DNA of 34,515 bases from a virus (IMGVR_UViG_3300005512_000153:1-34515); one strand, 5' to 3'. Positions 8,836 to 18,253 are shown, counted from the stretch's first letter. The notes: generated from the sequence alone by a model not told the origin. A program made the numbers and translations.

Positions 8836-9393
8836 ATGGCAACAGAAGGATTTGATATTAATAAATTTAAAGCTAACTTTGATGGTGGGGCTAGAGCATA
8901 TTTGTTCAAATGGACCCCAACATTTCCTGGTGGTATTGAATTTAACAAGGGCAGTGCCGCTTCATACTTAGTAAAGTCATCAACATTTCCTGGTGATGAA
9001 GTAGAGGAAATAATTGTTAACTGGCAAGGTGTTGATTATAAGATGGCTGGAAAAAGAACCTTTCCAGATTGGACTCTATCATTCAATGTAGATAGAAAAT
9101 CCACAATTAGAAAGGATTTTGGTAATTGGATTGATGCAATTCATACAGTCAATGGTACAGAATCACATAAATATGGTACTCCTGGTAGTCCAGAAAGTAA
9201 TGATGATGATTTAGGTAGTTATTTCTCTCAACAGACATTATACATGTTGGACTATAATGGTGATCCTGTATCAACATTAACATTGCATGGTTCATGGCCC
9301 AAATCAATTGGTGAGATTAGTCTTGACTATTCATCAATGGAAGTAGCAACATTTGATGTTACGTTTACATATCAATACCATACTATAGAGTAA
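8836..9393 (+). CDS. gp19: Tail tube protein (gp19-like), paralogue 3; possibly the major tube subunit
   Basis: FDINKFKANFDGGARAYLF, KMAGKRTFPDWT, WPKSIGEI.LDY and FDVTFTYQY motifs. It has the strongest SD (AGGAGGAG) of the four. Confidence 0.85.
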   Translation: MATEGFDINKFKANFDGGARAYLFKWTPTFPGGIEFNKGSAASYLVKSSTFPGDEVEEIIVNWQGVDYKMAGKRTFPDWTLSFNVDRKSTIRKDFGNWIDAIHTVNGTESHKYGTPGSPESNDDDLGSYFSQQTLYMLDYNGDPVSTLTLHGSWPKSIGEISLDYSSMEVATFDVTFTYQYHTIE

Positions 9394-9401
9394 TAAGTAT
9401 T

Positions 9402-9893
9402 ATGGCTTTCGATTTAAACAGTTTTTCCGCTGTATTTGATGGGGGTGCTAGATCATACTTGTTTGAGTATACCCCATCATTCCCAAATACAACGTATAAT
9501 GCCACATATTTTGTGAAATCGACTTCTTATCCAGATTCTACAGTAGAAGAGATACAACTTGCTTGGAAAGGATTGAAGTATAAAATCGGTGGTACTAGAA
9601 CTTATAATGATTGGACTGTATCGTTTCATATGGATAAAAATTATAATATTAGAGAATATTATGATGATTGGATGAAAGATATAGCTGGCCAGGATAAATA
9701 TGGTAAACCAGAAGATTATGTAATGAGTCAGACACTATACGCATTAGGTTATGATGGTACAAAGAAATCAACCATAAAGCTATTTGATGCTTGGCCCAAA
9801 TCAGTTGGTGAAATAAGTTTTGATAACTCAGCGATAGAAGTAGCAACATTTGATGTTACGTTTGCATATCAATATTATACTATAACTAAATAA
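9402..9893 (+). CDS. Tail tube family protein (gp19-like), paralogue 4
   Basis: GGARSYLF, GGTRTYNDWT, DAWPKSVGEI and FDVTFAYQY motifs. Confidence 0.85.
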   Translation: MAFDLNSFSAVFDGGARSYLFEYTPSFPNTTYNATYFVKSTSYPDSTVEEIQLAWKGLKYKIGGTRTYNDWTVSFHMDKNYNIREYYDDWMKDIAGQDKYGKPEDYVMSQTLYALGYDGTKKSTIKLFDAWPKSVGEISFDNSAIEVATFDVTFAYQYYTITK

Positions 9894-9915
9894 AATGTAA
9901 GTAGGAGGAAACAAA

Positions 9916-10692
9916 ATGTCAGAAGAACAAGTGAAGAAAGAACAACCTGTAAAATTGGATTTTAGAAATTATCTTAATGTTTATGAGTTTGATACTACAT
10001 TGCCGGGTAGTGGTGAAGTAGTAAAGTTCAGACCTATAACTACAGGACAACTAAAGAGATTATTGGTATATGAGAATGAAACCGATCCTATGGTTATAGA
10101 AGGAGCACTTGATGAACTCATATCATCTTCTGTAATATCAGAAGAGTTCAATATCAATAAGTTATATCTTCAAGATAGATTCTTTCTACTGGTTGAATTG
10201 AGAAGAAAATCAAAGGGTGATAATTATAAGTTTCAATATGATTGTCCAAAATGTAATTCACAAACAATGCAGGTTATCAAATTGTCAGATTTACCAGTTA
10301 AAAAGATGCCTGAAGATATAGATAATGTTATTAAGATAGATAATAATCTATCAGTGAAATTGTCCCATGTTACAAGAGGGATGCAAAAAAATGCTATAAA
10401 GAGTATTAAGAATATGAAACAAATGAACAATACTCAAAGAGCAACAGAAATGGCATTAGCCACACATGCATCAGCAGTCATATCAATTGTAACACCAGAA
10501 GGTGAAATTACAGAACCGAGTATAGAGGATTCAAGATATTTGTTGGATAATATATCAACCGAATCATATACTGATATTAGAGATTGGTTCGATAAATATG
10601 ATTTTGGTATGGACTTCACATTTGAAATCAAATGTTCTAGTTGTGATAAGAGTGAGAGAGTGGATGTACCAGTAGAGAATTTTTTTTTCTAA
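9916..10692 (+). CDS. gp26: Baseplate hub assembly protein (T4 gp26-like)
   Basis: LPGSGEVVKFRP, D.FFLLVELRRKSKG and two CxxC motifs (CPKC, CSSC). Ends in NFFF. Confidence 0.8.
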   Translation: MSEEQVKKEQPVKLDFRNYLNVYEFDTTLPGSGEVVKFRPITTGQLKRLLVYENETDPMVIEGALDELISSSVISEEFNINKLYLQDRFFLLVELRRKSKGDNYKFQYDCPKCNSQTMQVIKLSDLPVKKMPEDIDNVIKIDNNLSVKLSHVTRGMQKNAIKSIKNMKQMNNTQRATEMALATHASAVISIVTPEGEITEPSIEDSRYLLDNISTESYTDIRDWFDKYDFGMDFTFEIKCSSCDKSERVDVPVENFFF

Positions 10693-10871
10693 TGAAAATT
10701 ATCATTGATAATACTCTACAGAACATTATAACAGAGCAATATCATATATCTAAGTATGCTAATATAAGTATAACAGAGTCATCTATGATGGCAGATTTTG
10801 AACGAGAAGCCTATGTGAATCTAGTATTGAAAGATATGAAAAATGAAGAACAAATGGCTAAATTTAAGTGA
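10692..10871 (+). CDS. Baseplate hub assembly catalyst (gp51-like, 59 aa)
   Basis: MKIIIDNTLQNIITEQYHISKYANISITESSMMADFEREAYVNLVLKDMKNEEQMAKFK*. Contains an M..FERE.Y..L motif, overlaps the gp26 stop and lies in the -1 frame. Confidence 0.7.
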   Translation: MKIIIDNTLQNIITEQYHISKYANISITESSMMADFEREAYVNLVLKDMKNEEQMAKFK

Positions 10872-10881
10872 GGTTAATATA

Positions 10882-11133
10882 ATGGATTCAATTATTGATA
10901 AATATTTAGAGAATGATGATAGTGTTGATGATATTGAGTACTTTGATGAAAGTAAGAAGTCTAACTTTGTTGGTAAGCTTATAGGTCTTGGTGTACTAAA
11001 GAGAGAAGGTGATAAGCTTGTCAAGAACAAAGATTGGGATAATGAAAAGGTCAAAAAACAACTGAAGAAGAAAGTAACACCAAGAAAGGTAGTACATAAA
11101 GTCAAAAAGAAAATAAAGAAAATAAAGAATTAG
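10882..11133 (+). CDS. Small Lys-rich hypothetical protein
   Basis: ATG after GAGG (the ORF track starts at 10843). MDSIIDKYLEND..., with a very basic C-terminus. Confidence 0.6.
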   Translation: MDSIIDKYLENDDSVDDIEYFDESKKSNFVGKLIGLGVLKREGDKLVKNKDWDNEKVKKQLKKKVTPRKVVHKVKKKIKKIKN

Positions 11134-11144
11134 AGGGAATTCAA

Positions 11145-11498
11145 ATGAATAATGACATTGATACTAAAATTGATTTATATTTGATTGATGAGGGGTGGAA
11201 AGCTCAGTTAGCAAAAGATGCTGCTGCAGGTAGTGTACATGGTATAGGTTATATATTCAATTCTTTATCAAGAAGGATAAGTGATGCTTTAGAAACATCT
11301 GCATTTAGAACTAGCACCGAAAAAATATCTAAACTCAAAAATAAACAGAAACAATTGAAACTATTAGAAAAGAAAGCATCATTATACAAAGAAAATTTTG
11401 TAAGGATAATTGTGAAAATTGAAGAGTTGGTAGAAGAAATTCAAGAAGAAAAAGAAGCTGCAGAATCATCAGAAAAAGAAGAAAGAAAAAGATATTAG
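11145..11498 (+). CDS. Hypothetical coiled-coil protein
   Basis: 117 aa ORF with a GAGGG SD and an N-terminal IDTKIDLYLIDE motif. Confidence 0.65.
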   Translation: MNNDIDTKIDLYLIDEGWKAQLAKDAAAGSVHGIGYIFNSLSRRISDALETSAFRTSTEKISKLKNKQKQLKLLEKKASLYKENFVRIIVKIEELVEEIQEEKEAAESSEKEERKRY

Positions 11499-11547
11499 AA
11501 AATAAGCTCGCTTAGATTGAAAATTCTAATGGATTCTTATTTTAATG

Positions 11548-11614
11548 AAAGAGTCTCAAGAGTATACTGAACTAGATGTATTGGTCCAAGTATATTTTGT
11601 AGACTCTTTTTTTT
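11548..11614 (+). terminator. Long imperfect hairpin followed by T8, immediately upstream of the tape measure gene
   Basis: AAAGAGTCT-CAAGAGTATACT...AGTATATTTTG-T-AGACTCTTT, then a T-run (11607-11614). Confidence 0.55.
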
Positions 11615-11620
11615 GAGGAT

Positions 11621-14600
11621 TTGAAAATGAGAACTAATGGTACTAGAGATGATATAGAAATCAACATTGAAAAATATATTGATGAATATAGAAAAGAAAA
11701 TCAAAAAAATATTAAAATTCAAGAGAAGATTAGTAAAGACACAAGTTCTTATATAAAATCTAGTGTTGATAGTGCAAAAAACTTGAGGAGTAATGCATAT
11801 ATAAAGGCTAGTACTGATGTTATCAAAAATAGTTTGAAAGATGTTTCTGGTAATATAAGTGGAGAGCTGCGAGATGTTCTAGGGCCAGAAACGACCAAAT
11901 ACTTAGACTTCTCAAAGACTATATTTAAAAATATAAGCAGTGGTGTAGTAGATGCTTATAAAGAAAGAAAGGAACAAAAGAAGGCAAATTCCGATATAGG
12001 TAAATTTACTGATGCTGCACTTAAAAAGGGTAGTATTTATACACATGATGTTGTGGCTGAAGATTTACTAAAAACTACTCAGGATGGTATAGGTGCTCTT
12101 AATTTTATATCAGAAAAATCTCTTGGCGAAACAGAAAAAACCCAAAAAATAGTTCAAAATGCTTTAGATGAATTATCTGATGCTACCAATAAAAGATTAG
12201 AAGAACTTAATGATAAAGACGTAACAGTTCCAGAATTAATAGGTATTATAAGTACTGATGTCAAAGGAATGGCTGAGGATATCAATATAATGCGTGTCGA
12301 ACAGGCTAAACAATTAGGTATACTTCAAAAGTTATTTTTACCTTTAAGAAATTTCTGGGAAACATATGTTAGAACGAAAGATAGAGGTGCTGAGCAAACT
12401 AACAATAGATTAGTGGAAATTCGTGAAGGAATTTTTGATTTACATGATATAGAATATAAAAATTATAGAGTAAAAGATAAACATTATAAAGGATTGACAA
12501 AATGGTTAGGTTTTGCACTTTTGCCTGGCATCAAAATATTAAAGGGAATATATTCAAATTTTGATAAAAGTTATAATAATGAAAAAATTGCATTGAAAGA
12601 TAGTGAGGTACAGAAAAATCTTCTTTTTGATATCTTTTCTTCTATGAAAAAAATTGAAAACAAAATGCATAAAAGTAATGAAGAAATGATTGATATGAAT
12701 GAATATTTTGATAACTTGGAGAAGGAAAAAGCAAGAAAATCAAAGAAGGATAAGGATATATGGCCCCTTCTTCTCAAACTTGGATCTTTTATAGTATATG
12801 GTATTGGTGGTTATATTGGATATTATCTAAAACCATTGACCATATTTGCTAAACCGTTCTTACTTGTTGGTAAAGCATTATCCTTCTTTTTCACTACCAT
12901 TACAACATCAGGATTGAAAGGATTGATAACATCTTTGAAATTGGTGGAAAAGTTTGTTAAAAGTACTCAAGTACTAACAAATAAAGGATTAGAGAAGTTT
13001 AGTAGATGGTTGAAAACATTTAAAACCATTGAAACTGACCCTTTCAATAAATGGTATATGGACAGATCAACAAAATATCCAAGTTTTGTAAGAGGATTTA
13101 ATAGATTCAAACGATGGTTGGATAGTCTACTTGAAGGGTTTAAAAGCATGCCTACTATCAAAGGTATGACTACAGACTTTAAGAAATTGATGTCTAGTGA
13201 AAAATTCTTTTCAAAAGAAGGAAGATTCAATAAGTATATTATCAAACCACTTGAAAAATTAGAGGGTTTTGTTAAATTTATTGGTACAAAATTTGAATTG
13301 ATTAGTACAAAAATAACCAGCGCTAAATCTCTTATTACAAGTTCACCAATATGGAATAGTAAATGGCTAAAAATGATTGGATCGGGGTTCAAAAAGTTAG
13401 CATGGCCTCTTACCATATTCTTTGGTATATTTGACTTTTTAGAAGGTTGGGATGAAGAGAAGTTAAAAAATGCTGATGCAACATGGATTGACAAATTCAA
13501 TAAGGGTATTAAAAAGGCTGTATTAAAATTCTTTGAATTGCCTATAAAGTTATTGGGATGGGCAATTGATAACATTTATGTATTATTATTTGGTAAAGAA
13601 GAGGCTGATAAAATGACAGGTGGACAGGGTGCAGCTAAAGCTTTAACAGATACTCTATCATTTCTATGGGACGACATAACCAAAGGATTCGTAAAAGTTC
13701 TAAATGAAATATGGGCAATCTTCTTGACAGCTTATGATGATGAAACCATTGCTGCTGTAGACAGAATATTAGAAATTGGTCTTATAGATTGGGCAGCAGA
13801 AATAGCACAGGGTTGGGTAGATGATATGAAGTTTTTCTTTACTGATATATTCGATAAGGTTAGTTCACCTGTCAAAAATTTCTGGTCTTGGTTAACTGGT
13901 GCTGAACCTGATGTTAAACAACAACAAAAGAAAGTGGCAGATTTAGATGAAAAAATGTATCAATTGACTAGAAAGGGTGGACTTGGATTAAAAAAACTAA
14001 GTAAAGAAGATAAAGAGTTGTATGATGACACCAAAGAACAATTGAAGTTAGAAAAAGAAAAGTTACGTCATATGTTAAAGAAGGGTAGTATTTATACACA
14101 TGATATTCATACAGAAAAATTGTTAAAAAAAATGATGGGTATTGATGAAGATGTAGCAGAGGCAAATTATGGTGTATTAGATTCAGTAAGAAATGTATTC
14201 TCAAGTATCAAAGATTCTGTATCATCTATAATATCACCAACAAAAGCAAGTGTCGGTACTAAAGGAATGTTAGGTGGTGGTACAAAAGAACAACAAGCTA
14301 TGGATTGGTTTATGTCACCAGAAGGTGGTGGGTATACTAAAGCACAAGCGGCTGGTATTGTTGGTAATCTCATGGCTGAAAGTAACTTAAAAACCACAGC
14401 ATTTAATAAAGCAGGTGGTGGAAGAGGTGCTCAAGGTATTCAACAATGGAGAGGGCCAAGATTAGATGAGTTTAGAAAAGTAATTGGTAAAGATCCACTT
14501 GAAGCTTCATTTGCCGAACAATTAAGATTCTCGTCATGGGAAATGGACAATCACAAATATCTCGGTAAAGAAGCTTTAAAAAGAGCCACAACACCAGAAG

Positions 14601-14965
14601 AAGCGGCCAGAATATTTGAAGCAAAAAATGAAAGGTCTGGTGGTAGTCATTTAGATAGGAGAATGTTATATGCAAAAAAAGCCTCTGGGAGATTTGATGA
14701 GGCTCAAGCTGGACTAAATAAAGCTGCGAGAGAAAGAGCAGAACAAAAAGCAGCACAGGCAGAAATTGACAGACAAACAAGTAAAAGTGTAGAGAATACT
14801 CTAAAGATGTCAAGCGCTCAACAGAGACAATCAGCAATGAGTAAGGGTAATCAAAACAATATTATGGTAAATAGTAGTAGTGGTGGTGGAGGTGATAATG
14901 TTGATATACCAGAAGATCCTCATAACTATTTACTTGGAATGATGGCAACAGGCGTATTAACATAA
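11621..14965 (+). CDS. Tape measure protein with a C-terminal phage tail lysozyme domain
   Basis: 1114 aa, helical with amphipathic Trp/Phe-rich segments. The C-terminus has QAAGIVGNLMAES...GIQQW.G.R...QL.F...E...TPEEAA..F....ER (Phage_lysozyme2-like). The start may be ATG 11627. Confidence 0.82.
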   Translation: MKMRTNGTRDDIEINIEKYIDEYRKENQKNIKIQEKISKDTSSYIKSSVDSAKNLRSNAYIKASTDVIKNSLKDVSGNISGELRDVLGPETTKYLDFSKTIFKNISSGVVDAYKERKEQKKANSDIGKFTDAALKKGSIYTHDVVAEDLLKTTQDGIGALNFISEKSLGETEKTQKIVQNALDELSDATNKRLEELNDKDVTVPELIGIISTDVKGMAEDINIMRVEQAKQLGILQKLFLPLRNFWETYVRTKDRGAEQTNNRLVEIREGIFDLHDIEYKNYRVKDKHYKGLTKWLGFALLPGIKILKGIYSNFDKSYNNEKIALKDSEVQKNLLFDIFSSMKKIENKMHKSNEEMIDMNEYFDNLEKEKARKSKKDKDIWPLLLKLGSFIVYGIGGYIGYYLKPLTIFAKPFLLVGKALSFFFTTITTSGLKGLITSLKLVEKFVKSTQVLTNKGLEKFSRWLKTFKTIETDPFNKWYMDRSTKYPSFVRGFNRFKRWLDSLLEGFKSMPTIKGMTTDFKKLMSSEKFFSKEGRFNKYIIKPLEKLEGFVKFIGTKFELISTKITSAKSLITSSPIWNSKWLKMIGSGFKKLAWPLTIFFGIFDFLEGWDEEKLKNADATWIDKFNKGIKKAVLKFFELPIKLLGWAIDNIYVLLFGKEEADKMTGGQGAAKALTDTLSFLWDDITKGFVKVLNEIWAIFLTAYDDETIAAVDRILEIGLIDWAAEIAQGWVDDMKFFFTDIFDKVSSPVKNFWSWLTGAEPDVKQQQKKVADLDEKMYQLTRKGGLGLKKLSKEDKELYDDTKEQLKLEKEKLRHMLKKGSIYTHDIHTEKLLKKMMGIDEDVAEANYGVLDSVRNVFSSIKDSVSSIISPTKASVGTKGMLGGGTKEQQAMDWFMSPEGGGYTKAQAAGIVGNLMAESNLKTTAFNKAGGGRGAQGIQQWRGPRLDEFRKVIGKDPLEASFAEQLRFSSWEMDNHKYLGKEALKRATTPEEAARIFEAKNERSGGSHLDRRMLYAKKASGRFDEAQAGLNKAARERAEQKAAQAEIDRQTSKSVENTLKMSSAQQRQSAMSKGNQNNIMVNSSSGGGGDNVDIPEDPHNYLLGMMATGVLT

Positions 14966-14977
14966 GGAGTATACAGA

Positions 14978-15757
14978 ATGCCATATAATACAACTTATAC
15001 GAACCCAGATTATGAACCTTTTAATGTTTCTGGTAGTTTTTCAGGATCATGGATAAGAATAGGAGCATATGAAGCAAAATATTTCACTGCATATGGCAGT
15101 GATAATGATAATGGTGGATTGGTAGTTGATGATAATGAAGGGGAGTCATGGAAGTTCTTATCCCCACCTCAAATACTAGAAACAGTAAATCATGAATGGG
15201 AGCCTTGGGAAACAATATCATCAAGACTAGCTGGCAAAGCAAAAGATTTTAAACAGTTTACAGAAGATGTTGCGGGTATTACACGTGCTTTGATGTCACA
15301 AACTAAAGGAGTATCAGTTGATAAATTGTTTACAAATCTTGGAAGTATAGAAAAAGCTAAACAAAAAATAGATACACCATTGGTGTATAGTGACTCCCCA
15401 AGAAGAGAGTATACATTTCAGTTTAATCTGACAGCAAAGACAGAAGAACAATCAAAAAAAATGCTTTTAAGTGTTAGAATGTTAGAAATGTGGTCATCAC
15501 CAGTAAAGGATGGAGTTATAAGTATAGAATTACCGTATGTTTTTAAAGTTCAAAGCTTACCATTAACCGATCCTGATATGGATGTAGCTGAGGGTGTTTT
15601 GGTAAATTTAGAATATGCAGCATTAACATCCATACAACCAACTTATATGGCTCCGTATGATAAAAATGGATATCCAATGAAAATAGAACTTACACTTACA
15701 TTTAAGGAAATTTCACCATTGTATGTTGATTCTTTCACAGTTCCAAACCCATTATAA
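14978..15757 (+). CDS. gp48: Baseplate tail-tube cap (T4 gp48-like)
   Basis: RREYTFQFNL.AK..E, P.VF.V and AALTSI...Y....GYP...ELTLTFKE motifs. Confidence 0.7.
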   Translation: MPYNTTYTNPDYEPFNVSGSFSGSWIRIGAYEAKYFTAYGSDNDNGGLVVDDNEGESWKFLSPPQILETVNHEWEPWETISSRLAGKAKDFKQFTEDVAGITRALMSQTKGVSVDKLFTNLGSIEKAKQKIDTPLVYSDSPRREYTFQFNLTAKTEEQSKKMLLSVRMLEMWSSPVKDGVISIELPYVFKVQSLPLTDPDMDVAEGVLVNLEYAALTSIQPTYMAPYDKNGYPMKIELTLTFKEISPLYVDSFTVPNPL

Positions 15758-15760
15758 ATA
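15753..15760 (+). promoter_or_regulatory. T4-type late promoter TATAAATA
   Basis: Exact consensus overlapping the gp48 stop, 17 nt before the next ATG. Confidence 0.45.
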
Positions 15761-15777
15761 TAATAGGATAAAATAAT

Positions 15778-16161
15778 ATGGCAATAACAAAATCAACAGA
15801 AACATTTAGGAAGTTGACAAACCATCAACTTAGTGATCAAAGTTTCATAAGAATGTTCAATATTCTTGTAGATCATGATAGGATAACGAACTTCTTGAAT
15901 ATCTTTAAATCATACACATATAACAAAGACCTTGACCAAGATGTTTCATATTTTTATACACATAACGTTGGTTATGATGAATGGTGGGATAACATTTCAT
16001 ATAAATATTATAAGACACCAGATTATTGGTGGGTAATAACATCTTTTAATGATATAGTTAACCCATTTGAAGGACTAGAAGTAGGCATGAGCCTGAGAAT
16101 ACTTAAACCACAATACCTTTATTCTCTACTAAGAGATTTAGATACAATCTCAACAATGTAA
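15778..16161 (+). CDS. gp53: Baseplate wedge protein (T4 gp53-like, LysM-type)
   Basis: WDNISYKYY.TPDYWWVI...NDIVNPF motif. Confidence 0.8.
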   Translation: MAITKSTETFRKLTNHQLSDQSFIRMFNILVDHDRITNFLNIFKSYTYNKDLDQDVSYFYTHNVGYDEWWDNISYKYYKTPDYWWVITSFNDIVNPFEGLEVGMSLRILKPQYLYSLLRDLDTISTM

Positions 16162-16162
16162 T

Positions 16163-17533
16163 ATGGCAAGCACACAAGACACAGACCCAGGATTTTCGGT
16201 AGCACTTGGTTTATCTAAAGGTGTAGCTGGATTGGACCCAGGCGATATACAACAGTTCTATTTTATTGAGGATATCTTTAGCTTCTGTATGGTGGGTAAA
16301 ATGATATTCAAGGATAGTTATGGTATAATAGAAAAGGGTCCAATGACAGGTAATGAAAGACTTGTATTATCATATGGTGACAAATTAAGCAGAAGACTAC
16401 TCTTTGATATAATAAAGATTGACAAAATTACAAGCTCATCTGGAACACTAAACAGTAAAGATACACAGATTGCCATACACTTTGTTGATACCACATTCAA
16501 ATACTTTACCAAGAAGAAGTTTAGTAAATCATGGAAGGATGAAAATACTCTTGATATACTAAAAGATGTACTCAAGAAATGTGAAGGACATGAGAACGAG
16601 AAGATATTACTAAAAAGATATGATACACCCGATACAGAATTAAACTTTGTAAGTCCATATTGGACACCTATAGAGATAATGAAATGGTTGAACAAGAGAT
16701 CAATACCTAAAAATATAGATGTTGGTAAAACTCTTGGGGGTTATCTATATTACAATAATACATATTGGGATAGTGGGGAATCATCAAATCAAGATAACAA
16801 CTTTACAGCGGCTTGGAAGGGTATAAATAATCTATTTGCTTATCCATCAAGTAGCACAGACGAAAAATGGATAGATATTCTACAATATGTATTCTCAGGC
16901 GGACCAGAAGATTCCACAGGTGATAATATGACATATGTAAATAAAGTGTTAGATTGGAATTATGGTGGTATAGATTTTGTTAATACTAGAAGATTGCAAG
17001 GTGGGCATTTTTTGAGTTATAAGTTTAAGGGAAAGGAACTTATAGATAAGACATATAAATACACTAAAGAGAATGATGAAGAATTAGTTGATTATGGTAT
17101 GATTGATGATATTACAGCACTTGGTTCTAAATCCTTATTTGTAGACATAAGTGAGAGAGATGCTGACATTACACTGGATGCTGAAACTAACGGTCATGTT
17201 ATCAAAAATATGATTTTTAACGATTGGATGAGAAATTATAGTAAACAACAATCTTTTAGTATCATAGTAAGAGGATGGGAAGAACGATTTGCTGGTAAAA
17301 TGATAAAGGACTTATACTGGCCTAGTATGGAAAGTAATGATTATGGTGGTAATAAGAACATGATAGGATCATTTCTTATAAAGTCTGTTACACATAACTT
17401 TGGTACTAAGGAAGGATATAAACAGAGATTGGTGTTATTAAAGAATGCTTATTATCAATCAGACAATGACTCACTTATAATACCCTCAAATATAAATACT
17501 TCAAGTGGACAAAAAATATTAACGAGCGTATAA
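16163..17533 (+). CDS. Baseplate hub protein (gp27-like)
   Basis: EDIFS....GKM.FKD..G.IEKGP.TGNE, P.WTP...M.WL and G.FLIKSVTHNF motifs. Sits between gp53 and gp5. Confidence 0.65.
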   Translation: MASTQDTDPGFSVALGLSKGVAGLDPGDIQQFYFIEDIFSFCMVGKMIFKDSYGIIEKGPMTGNERLVLSYGDKLSRRLLFDIIKIDKITSSSGTLNSKDTQIAIHFVDTTFKYFTKKKFSKSWKDENTLDILKDVLKKCEGHENEKILLKRYDTPDTELNFVSPYWTPIEIMKWLNKRSIPKNIDVGKTLGGYLYYNNTYWDSGESSNQDNNFTAAWKGINNLFAYPSSSTDEKWIDILQYVFSGGPEDSTGDNMTYVNKVLDWNYGGIDFVNTRRLQGGHFLSYKFKGKELIDKTYKYTKENDEELVDYGMIDDITALGSKSLFVDISERDADITLDAETNGHVIKNMIFNDWMRNYSKQQSFSIIVRGWEERFAGKMIKDLYWPSMESNDYGGNKNMIGSFLIKSVTHNFGTKEGYKQRLVLLKNAYYQSDNDSLIIPSNINTSSGQKILTSV

Positions 17534-17536
17534 ACA

Positions 17537-17845
17537 ATGATAAAGAATGAAGTATCTGAATTAAGAAAATCTGATGAGAAACTTTATGGTATATATCGTG
17601 GGGTTGTAGAAGAAGATCATCCATTAAACCCAGATCCTTTAGTTAAAGCTGGTGCTCGTGTATATGATGGTAGAATACAAGTAAGAGTGTGGGGTTTACA
17701 TACAAAAGACAAGAAAGAGATTCCAACTGAACATCTTCCATTAGCTGAACCTGCATATCCAGCTATGTTAGGTAGTATAAGTGGTAAAGGATGTTGGTCT
17801 GTCCCAGTTCAAGGCTTAGTGATTATCCACATGGACTTGTTATAG
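17537..17845 (+). CDS. gp5: Baseplate central spike gp5, N-terminal OB-fold fragment (truncated)
   Basis: YRGVVE...P...GRIQVRVWGLH...LP.A.P...G..SVPVQG. Similarity stops abruptly near 17815. Confidence 0.75.
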   Translation: MIKNEVSELRKSDEKLYGIYRGVVEEDHPLNPDPLVKAGARVYDGRIQVRVWGLHTKDKKEIPTEHLPLAEPAYPAMLGSISGKGCWSVPVQGLVIIHMDLL

Positions 17846-18249
17846 AAACTCAAAACATGCAGACGCTTGAACTCAATACAAATCAAAACTTATTATTTCA
17901 TTCAGCCCATTCATATATATTTATGAATGATGATGGTCTTAAAATAGATGGTGATATAGATCATATGGGGGATATAACTACTGGTAGTGTTAGTATGTAT
18001 GGGGATTTACTAGCAAGTGGTACTACACATAATATATTAGGTACTACTGTTAATGCAGGATGTTGTTCACCTCCATATTTTGAGTTGTTGTTATATACAT
18101 TTGCAGTTGCTATGGTTTCTATATATAATAGTCATACACATCCTGGTGATAGTGGTGGTACTACAGGATCACCAAATGAACAATTTTCTGGTGGGGATGA
18201 AGCTGGAATAAAATCAACATATTCAACCGTATGTTTAAAAGGAAACTAA
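17791..18249 (+). CDS. Baseplate central spike, C-terminal fragment (beta-helix and HxH tip)
   Basis: YPHGLVIET (gp5 YP...V.ET-like) and a YNSHTHPGDSGGTTGSP spike-tip motif. It is in the -1 frame relative to the upstream fragment, and its start is uncertain. Confidence 0.65.
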   Translation: MLVCPSSRLSDYPHGLVIETQNMQTLELNTNQNLLFHSAHSYIFMNDDGLKIDGDIDHMGDITTGSVSMYGDLLASGTTHNILGTTVNAGCCSPPYFELLLYTFAVAMVSIYNSHTHPGDSGGTTGSPNEQFSGGDEAGIKSTYSTVCLKGN

Positions 18250-18253
18250 CAAA

